A stretch of 64,000 bases of DNA from Vicugna vicugna (lineage: Eukaryota): the NCBI GenBank assembly GCA_013265495.1, contig MU058337.1:4024880-4088879 (forward strand), written 5' to 3'. The notes below the pieces were generated by a model that made no database searches, was not told the origin of the DNA, and saw only the letters and a list, made by a program, of their open reading frames with translations. A program made the translations under genes and the position numbers. Every line of letters begins with the position of its first letter. The first letter of the stretch is position 1. Shown here piece after piece: positions 24,571 to 34,400 of the stretch.

Positions 24571-25589
24571 AGCCTCCTCACCTTGGATAACCCTCCAAGT
24601 CCATGGCTGTATTACCAGAATGGAATTAAGAGGAACTTTGAATAGATCATCTAATCTACTTCCTTGATCCTTTGATCAAATAGCAGTGCTTTTCTAGCAG
24701 GCTATCTGGAAACCTAGAGAAGTGGGTCATTAAAAACATTGTTGTTTTTGAGCCGCTGAAAAAAAAAAGGGGAGTGAAAAGATTGTCCAAACATCTCTTC
24801 ATTCATTCCTGTCCTCACAAATTCAGAATTTAATATTGAGCCGCTACCGTGTGTCTGGCTGGGAAAGAGATGAAAACTAGACCCCTGCATCTTAATTCCA
24901 GGCTTCTCAGACCAGCCAATCACCGGTAATGAACTGTGCTGATAGTGTGATGACGATCTGTAGCAGGGATGTGGGATCACAGAAAAGCCTAAAAGTCAGA
25001 TGACGGTCTGAGAGGCATCACCGAGAATCCCACTGTGAGTTCAATATTAGAGGAAAAGCGAGGGTTTTCGTAGCTCTCTCTCATCAGTGCTCCAGATCAC
25101 TGCCTTGGCGTTGAAAAGTAAATGAATGAAAATGTAAAACAACACAAATTTAAAAGGTAGATGACTTAATGAATTGATGGACTGATTGATCAATGAATTA
25201 ATTAGAAATAAAGAGTATTTCAAGCAAGTACCAGTCAGGAAGATTGAGAGTTTAACCTGTTCATAGAAAGGTAAGTTGTTTGGTGAAGCTACGGCTTGTG
25301 CTGGAGAAATAGGACTAGAAAAGCAGGCAGTGGAGAGAGAGAGAGATGGGAGGGGCGTGACCAGACCTGGGAGAACCAACACCTAGGACCCCCCTGACAT
25401 CAGAGGTAAGGGTAGAGATCACCACTGTTTCATTTTTTGCTTGGGGACAACTGTAAAGAAGCAGGTGGAAACTACCAACCTTCAGACCACGGGTGGGGCA
25501 GGTTCTGAGAGTGAGGAGGCTTACTCTCTTACTTTGGATTAAATTGAAGATGGGGTTGTCACAAAAGGTGTCCGTGAGGCCCTGGCCAC

Positions 25590-26360
25590 CCACACCCAGT
25601 TTCCAGATGGGGAGAAGGTTCTAAACAGATATCTGGGTCATCAGACTGACAGCTGAAGCCCTTGGTGTGGGTGAGATGGTCCAGGAAGAGTGCAGGGAGG
25701 AGAGAAAAATGCCCAAGTCTGCGAAGCTCCCTCGATGCCTCCTCTTTTCCCTTCACCCTCCACGTGCAATCTGCCAGCATATCTCTCCAGCTCCACTTCC
25801 GCTGTCTTCTTGAACTTCACCATTTCTTCCCACCCACAGCCCAACCACCAACCTATCCTGCCCAGACTCTCCTAACTACCCGACAAGCTCTCTGCTGTGC
25901 TTTTACTTTCCTGCAATCCAGAGTAATCTTTCTTAACCATTTTCAAATTATGTCAGTCTCCTGACTAAAACTCTCCAATGGCTTCTCATGTCACATAGAA
26001 GAAAATCCAAACTCCACATCAGGGTCTTATATCTGGGCATGGCCTCCTCCCCTACGTCAGCTTGTCCAGAACTCTCTCTACCCACCAGGCTTAGCCACAG
26101 GAAATCACAACGCCTTTGCTGACCTCAGGGCCTTTGCACTTACAGCCGGTCTGCCTGGAACACCCTTCCCTTCAGGCTTCTGTGCATTTAGGTCTCTGCT
26201 GAAAGGTCACGCTAATAACAGCCATCCCTAACCTAACTCCTCTGCCCAGCAGTAAGGTGGGTCTCTGTCCCACTATCCTGTTTCCTTCATCTCTGTTTTC
26301 ACCACCTGAAATTAATCTTTTTTTAATTTCTTTTTTACATTTTTATCTGTCTCCACCAGT
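25590..26360 (+). mobile_element. L2 fragments (short minus piece, then plus piece)
   Basis: cagagtaatctttct..aaaactctccaatggcttctca..aaaatccaaactcc..cagggcctttgcact..ctgcctggaa. Confidence 0.75.
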
Positions 26361-27370
26361 ATAAAACCATGGATCACACATAAGTTACTTTACAGTTCAA
26401 TTTACTATACAGAAATCATTTGGGTTTTATACTTTCAGTTAAATTCAGAACTGAGATGACAACCCTGTTTTAGAAAAAGCTTGTTACATTAATTCAGTAT
26501 GTTTTTAACATGCCAAACTGAAATACATAAGTTCCAACTTCAAATTTATGGCAAACAGTCTTCAAATACAATGGATGTGCCATGAAGTTCCAAGTTGTAC
26601 AGTCAAGCCAAGAACTCAAAGCTACACCATCTTATAAAAGATTTGGCATTTCTGGACCAAAAAGTACAACGTGTACAGAAGGTTGGGAACAATTTCCCCT
26701 CCTCAGTGGCAGGGAGGGAGAGGGAACTGGTTCATGGTGCTTTCAGTAGCTGAACCCAGTCCTACGTTTGGTGTATTTCTCTTCTCACCTAGACACAGAC
26801 CACTACGCTCTCCCGGGGGCTCATGGGTGGCCCCAGCCCAACACCTCCTGTGGCCATCTCAGCCCCAGAATCTCATCCAGCCCCTTGGCTTCTCCCCTTC
26901 TTCTCAAGCCGCCCCATCCACCAACTTCCTTGGCCGACAGACACCACAGTCCAGTTCCACATGCCCCCAGGGCACCATATGTTAACCTTTGCATTTCTTT
27001 GTCTTTCACTTTAGCCAATGGCCCTTGGTTGGTACTTACTGGTGCTTCTCAGCCAGAGTGCATTGCTTTATCTAGTTTTAACACAAAGGGGTGAGCCCAT
27101 GAAGTCTGCTCGGTAGGCGACCTGCACAGCCTGCCCAGAGGGTCAGGATGCCTTTTTCTTTTTCCTCCTCAGTTCATCCGCAGTGCTCCCAGCACCTCCA
27201 TTTAGGATTGCCCCTCTAGCCTATTGGCAGCTCAACATTTGAGGACATCTCCTAGGAATGCAGCAAAATGTTCAGCTAAAATAAGAATGATACAAGAAAA
27301 TAACTGAAAGTATGGTCATAAATACTAACTTAAAAGTCTTAATTTGATAGAGCAGGAAAGAGTTTCTTAC

Positions 27371-27487
27371 AAGTTTGTTTCTGTACAATAATTTGTTAAA
27401 AATCTCTTTAGCAGTAATTGAATGACGATGACTACCAAAGTCATTATTAGGATTCTGCATAATTTTAAAGCAGATCTTTCTTTATAG
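27371..27487 (-). pseudogene. Candidate exon (117 nt)
   Basis: Acceptor ttattccattcaaagtag| and donor CTT|GTAAGA. Phase 0-0, reads L*RKICFKIMQNPNNDFGSHRHSITAKEIFNKLLYRNKL. Confidence 0.55.
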
Positions 27488-27665
27488 CTACTTTGAATGG
27501 AATAATAGTAAATGGAAGATGATGGAAATGGTTATAGATACTTAAATAGAGTATTTTTCACAGCACAAAAAGTTGATGTAACCATGACTCTGTACAGGGG
27601 TGATATAAAATATCAATTCAGGAAAAGGATGATAAAAACTTTTTTTAAAGCATTTTGTCAGATAC

Positions 27666-27724
27666 CTCCCAGAACTGCTAAATTGCCTTTCTATCCTCAA
27701 TAACACAAGTCAAAGACCTCAAAG
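27666..27724 (-). pseudogene. Candidate exon (59 nt)
   Basis: Acceptor tttcacattttttataccag| and donor GAG|GTATCT. Phase 1-0, reads (A)LRSLTCVIEDRKAI*QFWE. Confidence 0.55.
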
Positions 27725-28319
27725 CTGGTATAAAAAATGTGAAACAATCCATCTCAGAAGCAGCACCTGATAGGAGAAAACAGGATTTCCAAATCAATTT
27801 GTCATGATCCAATATGGATTAAGCCGTTTATTTGTTTTGACATTTCTCATTTGCTAAGTGCCAGCATGCCGAAGTAATCTCCCTGTGATACATACACAGA
27901 CCAAAACATTTATGATTATTTATTTAGGGGATTTATAGCCCCTTTTCCTCCAGAGAAGTCATTTGAAAGCAGAAACATTTTGAAATTGGGACTGCAGGTG
28001 GTTTCACCTGATAATAGTTTAATCTCATCATTTCACTCCTTCAGTGGGAAATGGGGCTCTCCCACCTCAGACAAGGTGGGAAAGAGCTTCCAGATTTATG
28101 CAGCAAACACAACTGCCCAGAGGTAGACTTGTATCTACCCTGATGGAAAGTGATAGACAGTCATTTATAATCTAGAACCTTCCTAGTTCAATATTTAATC
28201 CTTTCCCATTCGTCTTTATGTTGAGTCAGGAACCAGTAAACTTGGAGACTCAGTAGGGACTCTTGAGTAAAGACTGTTAGAGCTGCAAGAGATAAAACCA
28301 GGAAATGAGGTGATCTTAT

Positions 28320-28520
28320 TTGGGGTGAGACCAATTTGAGTTTGAATCCTAGCAGTGCTTCGTTTTTTAACTATTTGACATTAAGCAAATTACATAACCT
28401 TTCTGAGTTTCAAGTTCCTTACCTATGTGATAGAAAACTTTTCTTATTGGACTGCAGGGAAACTTAAAATCAGATAATATAAGTAAAATTAACTGGCCCA
28501 GTGCTTGGCCCACGGAACCT
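28320..28520 (+). mobile_element. MIR
   Basis: gagtttgaatcctagc..tgacattaagcaaattacataacctttctgagtttcaagttccttacctatg..cagtgcttggc. Confidence 0.75.
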
Positions 28521-28859
28521 CAAAAAATTGCATCCAATGTCTCTGGGCCCAATGTCTCTTTTAACTACTTGATCATTCTAGATGTTTATACACTTTCTCA
28601 ACACCCAGGAAAAAAGAAGAACTGAGCAATTTATTTTATGAATCCACCATAAGCTTCAAACCGAAGTTTGGTCATGAACAAAACAGAAATTAGAGATAAG
28701 TCTCATGTATTTCTGTAGGTCTATAAAAAAGTCCTAACTGAAATACTAGCAAATTTATAATCCACTAAATTCAAGAACACATACTTGGATGTTTTAATAT
28801 TAAGGAATTTAGCATTGAAATATATTATTAACTCAAACAAGAAAAATCTTGTAGTTGCC

Positions 28860-30075
28860 TCAGGTTTGGGTTAAAAATATATTTAATCAAGTCCAATCAT
28901 TATTCTTGATTTGATAAGATTTTTAAAAATCTAAGAATAAAAACATGAGACAGAGTAATAATCTCATACCAAAAGCCATTGCCATCAATGAGTCACCCTC
29001 GTTAAAGGAAGGTTATCATCATCATTCTGTCTTAGCATTGTTCCAGATGCTACAATGAAACTCAAAACAGATGACGATAATTAGAAAGAGACAACAGTAT
29101 CTTTATTAATGACTGATGTGACTGTCTATCTAGAAAATCTACCTAAAAAAGCTGAAAAGCCTCTTCTAATTCATATGAGAATTCAGAAAAGTAGATACAC
29201 ACAAGAACACACACAACAATCAATAGTTTTTTCAATACATCAATAATCATCTTTCAATAAAATCTGTAGTTTCTATAGAAGCATTGAAAACTATTGACAT
29301 TTTTTATAGGTACTTTATTGAGAAAATACCTTTTTTTTTTTACCATATATCAAAACATTGTAAAAGAAAATCTGGATAAATCACCAGAAGTATCCATATT
29401 TCTAGACAGAAGACATGGATTCCTTGCAGCCCAATGTGTAGGTTAAACATAATTTCATTTAAAATCTCAAGTTTGGAACTTAACAAAATTATTTTTAGGA
29501 ATATAAAATTTTGCAAGATTACAAATTGATGACTGCTAAAAATTACCTTATAAACAGAAACAATGAAAGAAGACATTATTGCTTAGACATAAAATACACT
29601 ATCAGCTAAGAGGGGGTTTCCAATGTTAGCAAAGTACATGCAACATATATGACAAATTACAAATTTAATAACAAAAATACTAAGATTCCAATAGGCAATT
29701 GGAGAATGAACATAACCAGAAATTCATGAAAGAGATGATTCAAATGGCCAAACATTTGAAAAGAAAATACATCATGATGGGTGGTTCAAGAGTGTGTTCA
29801 ACTATGAAATGCTACTTGTACTTATTAAATTTGCAAATATGATACCAGTAATATTGGTAAAGCTGTGATAAAATACTTTGTTGCCAGTGGAAGTGTAATA
29901 ACTACCTGGATGGTGATTTTGAAGCATGGACATGAGTAGGGGAGGAAGGGAGGGAGAAAAAGAGATAAGAAAAAATATAGAAAGTATTTGTAGCATCTCA
30001 GGGTGGTGAGCTCCTGTTGTTATTTTCTTTGTATTTCTGTGCTTCTCAAATTTTCTATAATGAGCATTTATTAAT
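28860..30075 (+). mobile_element. Old L1 (L1ME-like) ORF2/3' remnant
   Basis: Degenerate L1 motifs (gactgtctatctagaaaatc, caaatggccaaacatttgaaaaga, aaattttctataatgagcat). Confidence 0.6.
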
Positions 30076-30491
30076 ATAAATGATGATGTGGTTAACATAA
30101 ATATTACTTTTAATTAATCTAAAATTAGAATGTGGAATTGAAATAGACAGTCTCTAAGTGACTTCCAGTTTGAATTATCCCATTGCTGTAATCATGTCAG
30201 CTTGCAGTTTTCTGCAGTTATCACTTTTGTACAAGGGACCCATATGCATCTCAACCATTTTTAAGACTACTGATGACCTACTATGAATTTTAAATCTCTG
30301 TATCCTCAGTCAAGCTTAATGATACATTTTTACTTTTCTTGTTTCAGTAAAGTCAACTAGGAAGAAAGGTTCCTTGCTTACTCTAAAATTATATTAAGAT
30401 GTAAAGAATGGAAATAATTGATTGCCTAGAATCTGTAATTTCTACAAATTATTTAGACTCTTCAACTAGGTAAGCAAGACTTACAAGTTAC

Positions 30492-30515
30492 CTTTAACAA
30501 ACAAGTTTAAAATAT
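30492..30515 (-). pseudogene. Candidate micro-exon (24 nt)
   Basis: Acceptor gctttcttcccag| and donor AAG|GTAACT. Phase 1-1, reads (D)ILNLFVK. Confidence 0.5.
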
Positions 30516-30747
30516 CTGGGAAGAAAGCTTTTGTATAGAGCCTGACTCTATGGGCAAAGTATAAGTGGAGAAAAACTCGTATCTTTTGAGTTAAAAAAAA
30601 AAAAAAAGAAGAGGGGAAGTAACGTCCATGACTTTGCTGGGATTTGAGAAAGATTCCTATGGTTTAGGTTTAAAAGGGAGAGGAGAGCGCTAAGATGGTG
30701 TCCATTCAGTTGTTCAGGTGGAGAAAATTAACCAGAGAGTTATTCAC

Positions 30748-30837
30748 CAGTTCACATCTGTTATTGTAGAACCTGATCACTGATTTTGTCTCTTTCAAAA
30801 AACAAATCAGTTTGTTGTCATCATATGTAGTGTTCAA
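30748..30837 (-). pseudogene. Candidate exon (90 nt)
   Basis: Acceptor ttttattctgctgtatag| and donor CTG|GTGAAT. Phase-1 reading (V)EHYI**QQTDLFFERDKISDQVLQ*QM*T joins both neighbours. The phase-0 reading is fully open. Confidence 0.5.
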
Positions 30838-31168
30838 CTATACAGCAGAATAAAATTTTAAAAGGAAAACTGTGCAGAGAATCTGCTTAATGGCACTCAA
30901 GCTAAATTGTGGCCCCCAAACAGGCTTTTGAATATGACTTAAACAACTGACTCTACTTCATTCCTGTGCTTGGATAGACATAAGCAAGAACATCATTCTG
31001 CTCGCTTCAGTAAAATAAAAGCAAAGGAGTAATTGATGGGTTTGCATTTCATCAAGTCCATTACCCATATCATTTCCTTATCTGGGAATTTAAAGCTGAG
31101 ATTCCTTCATTTTCACGAGTTCACTCTTCTTTGGGAATCCAAAGGGAATACCTTCAAATTTTGCTTAC

Positions 31169-32462
31169 CTAGTCCCAGTAAAGGCAAGATTGCTTTGGGG
31201 AAAATGTTTCTTAGAATAGAAACTCCATTATTTCTACCTATTGTCAAGATCATCTTTTACTACAGGGACAAATTCCCAATCTAATTAATCATTACTCTGC
31301 CTTTCCTAAAAATTAGAAGGATTTTGCAGTTTCTTATGTATTTGTAAAACCTGAACATATATCCAGTTGATTCAGTGAAGTAACTTCTGCTGTCTTCTAT
31401 TTTCTGTAATAAACTGTTTACCTCAGCCACAGGTTTGAGTCAATCAAAATATTGTGAATCATTCACTGTCAAAATAATTGGATTAGTCACTTTAAATTTT
31501 AAAATTCAGTTGAAAGTAAAATCCTTCCCTTATTTTTTCTTCCATCATGTGCAGTCTTCCAGTTTACCTTATCTGATGTAAATTAAGAAATCTATGATGC
31601 ATTTTAATTCATAATATTTTGTTCAGTTCATAATGCCAACAGATGCTTTGAAACCATTATCATGTCTTAAACTTTCTTTCTCCAAACTGAGTATGAAATC
31701 TTTATGATTTCTTACATAACCCACTCTTCTTACTCCTTAACACATTTTTTGATCCTCTTGAACACTGTTGATTTCAATCTTTTTATAAATTCTGAAACAA
31801 ACATTTTCTATAATACATTAATTCATCTAGTATTTCTATACAAATTGAGTGTATCATGTGTCCATCCATGGGAGATTAGTAGGGGAAAAGCTTGAATAAC
31901 TATCAGAATGGTACTGGAGACTACTTTTTGTTCCTCTTTCTACTGCTGGTCTGTCCACCTCCACATCACAGACATTTGATTCCTGTCCAATGGTAGTGAG
32001 CGAATGATTTGACAATGCACTGGGATTTGACTATTTTCTTGCCACAGTTGTTTGGATAATTTCAATGTCTTTTGACTGAGTTTGATATCAGTCCCTATGT
32101 ATGCACTTTTGTTTTCAATACACAATTTTTCTAATTTATCAAAGCCACTATGCAATCATGAATGTCGTGCACTAAAATCTCACTGGTTTACTTCCATTTA
32201 GGGACTCACGATGTGAATCTAGTTTGAAAAATCATTTCTGTTCATCTTCAATCCGAGCCCTTCAATTGATAGTTTTATTCTCGAGACACAGTGCGCTCAG
32301 AGCCTACCTGACAGGTGTGGGCTCTGAGGAGGTGGTGTCTGAGATCTTTGGGGAAGAAATTCCACGTAATTGAGGCAGCAGGTCTCATCACCGTTTCTGC
32401 CTCTTGGTTTTGCCAACTTTGATTCTAACTCATCAAAATGGAAGGAGGAAAAACTAAGACAA
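31169..32462 (-). pseudogene. Candidate large exon 3 (1294 nt, decayed); possible short form ending at internal donor 32308
   Basis: Acceptor tattttgacttctctag| and donor TAG|GTAAGC. A-rich, no repeat recognised. Protein-like open stretches (FHFDELESKLAKPR.., GFDKLEKLCIENKSAYIG.., VAEVNSLLQKIEDSRSYF.., GVSILRNIFPKAILPLLGL) are separated by stops or frameshifts. Confidence 0.5.
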
Positions 32463-32780
32463 CTAGAGAAGTCAAAATACAATTAAAACAGACTGGAGAA
32501 GGAATGAAGGATAGGGACTCTGCAAAGTATCAGTGGTATCAAACGGGCTTTCTTAGGGTCCATTTTCAGACTCCGTTTGTGAACTTGGACCCCCTGTTCT
32601 TCGTGCTCCTCCCCTAGTCAACACTGACATCCACTATAATTCAGAATGGGCGATGAATTCGGTTTAGGTGTAATGAAACAGAAAATAGAGAAAAACAGTG
32701 ACTGAAGCAGGAAATAACTAATTTCTTCCTCATGCAAAGTCTGAGGTCTCAACCATCACTCAGATGTATGCTGGTCTCAC

Positions 32781-32977
32781 CATGTGGCACCGACATTGTT
32801 GATCCGAATGGCAGCCTTAGCTGTAGCTTCGCATCCAGAAGGAAGGAGCCACTAGGAAAGCAGAATGGGCCAGAATACGTGCTCTGTCCCTTTAAGGATG
32901 CTTCCCGGAAGTCACCTGTGCGATTTTTGCCCCCTCTTCTGCTCACATCACTTTGGTTAGAACTGTGGCCGTACCAG
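32781..32977 (-). pseudogene. Candidate exon 2 (197 nt)
   Basis: Acceptor ccccaatctctttcacag| and donor ATG|GTGAGA. GC- and CpG-richer than its flanks. Confidence 0.6.
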
Positions 32978-34182
32978 CTGTGAAAGAGATTGGGGACTTG
33001 CATTTTTGTGCTTCCAAGCTAGCATTTGGAATTTCTACGATGAAAGAAGAGAGAACAGATTTTGAGGGAAAACCATCATTATCTGCCAGAGAATGAATTA
33101 TTTTTGTTAAATAAGAATTTGAATAATTGGATAACATAAAATCTGACCACTTCTGATGCTCAGTCCAGTTCTCCCTCATAGGGTGCAATGGACAGTTTCG
33201 CCCTAAAGAACAGTTATCAAAGAACCGTGATGGTAGAGGAGATACCATTGAGTGCAATATCTAAATTTATTGCAGATATCATAAATATGTATGTCTTCGG
33301 ATAAATCAGACTAAATGACCTACACATAACATTTCACATCGAAAAATGAAATGTCTGTTAAAGTTCATGAAAACTGATGACTTAAATTTAATTCATGTTT
33401 TGAGAAACATAAAAATATTCCTCTCTTCCCTGACTGCACTTACCATCACGCTGGGAGTTTATCTTCTTGCTGTTGGAGCGATTTGCTTCCTTATCTCCTG
33501 ATAATGCCAATGCCCGGCACACACCTGAGACCAATTAATCCCGAATCTGGAGGGTATAGAAAAGGGAAGTGGGACCAGATCTCTGGATGTTTGAAAAGTA
33601 CCTTCTAAAGCACAGAGCTCCATCCATGGTAACTGCTAATGAAGCCTCAGAATATAAGCATTAAACAGGGTGGCACTGATGCGTTTAATTGCACTCAAGA
33701 GTAAAGTGCAATTAAGAAAATCTGTGATGATTGATCTCGCTGTATATTGGAAGACTTTTGCACTAAATAAAGTCACTAAGGTCAATTAAACACATTTCTG
33801 ATGACTTTCCTTTGAAACCCGACACTTCTTTCTCTTCCAGGTTAATTGTATCAAGCAATCGCAATGATACAATGTGTAGTAACAAAATACCTCCTAAGTG
33901 CAGAAAGAGGGGAGACTTAGGTGCGCAACATGATAGGAAGTATAAGACTTAATTGAGATCCTTTATTGTCTTCACAAAAACTTTCGAATCTGTTAGTACC
34001 AGGGGGCTGGGCGTCTCAGAGATACCCACTGCTCTTTTAGCTAGGCGGGCTTTTTGGGAGTTCCAGCCTTCCTCAGTGAAGGGGACAGGCGTAGAAAGAT
34101 AAAACCTTTGTCCTAAAAAATTATTGTAAGGGCAAAGTCCTGTGGCAGTGTATTGCAAGCCCTCAAGGCCTGACAGGCTCAC

Positions 34183-34300
34183 TCGGGATTCAGGCAGACC
34201 AGAAAACCCCGTGTGCCTGATACATCAAGGCAGACAAAGCCGCATCCAGCCAGCAGTTACCGAGGATCTAACCAGTGCGCTTGCGCAGTGCAAATCACGC
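34183..34300 (-). pseudogene. Candidate exon 1 (5' end approximate)
   Basis: Minus-strand donor CGA|GTGAGC at 34183/34182, just downstream of the promoter motif cluster. Confidence 0.45.
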
Positions 34301-34400
34301 GTGTGTAACGCTCGTGGGTACTGCGCATGCGGGATAACACAGCTGAGTGGCGGGGCACCGGATGTCCGGCGAGGGAGCCTGAGTGACTCCATCTTCCCTA
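34200..34400 (-). promoter_or_regulatory. Small CpG-rich promoter candidate of the minus-strand relic
   Basis: Local CpG cluster with TGCGCTTGCGCA (34276-34287) and TGCGCATGCGG (34322-34332) NRF1-type palindromes, CACGCGTG (34296-34303), GGCGGGGC GC box (34349-34356), CCGGATGT ETS site (34358-34365) and CAGTTA MYB-type site (34254-34259). Confidence 0.65.

Larger units (their letters stand above)
10705..34300 (-). pseudogene. Candidate decayed multi-exon gene (unitary pseudogene or spliced lncRNA), parent unidentified
   Basis: Minus-strand series of pyrimidine tract + AG acceptors paired with GT(A/G)AG-type donors between a CpG-rich promoter (about 34.3 kb) and an AATAAA (10727-10732). Central exons join in a consistent phase, with premature stops. 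Large intronic L1 fragments lie antisense to it. Confidence 0.6.

Noticed and set aside
24582..24713. 132-nt phase-0 minus-strand exon candidate (ctctag| ... AAG|GTGAGG)
   Set aside because: The splice sites are good and the phase is compatible, but it has 3 stops in 44 codons and its middle (gattagatgatctattcaaagttcc) resembles a MIR 3' end. It was left out of the model and remains possible.
27371..27724. Resemblance of SLTCVIED to SYCP2L and of KEIFNKLL to the PWWP3/MUM1 C-terminus (from memory)
   Set aside because: Only short word matches. Flanking residues and spacing do not agree, so no gene symbol was assigned.
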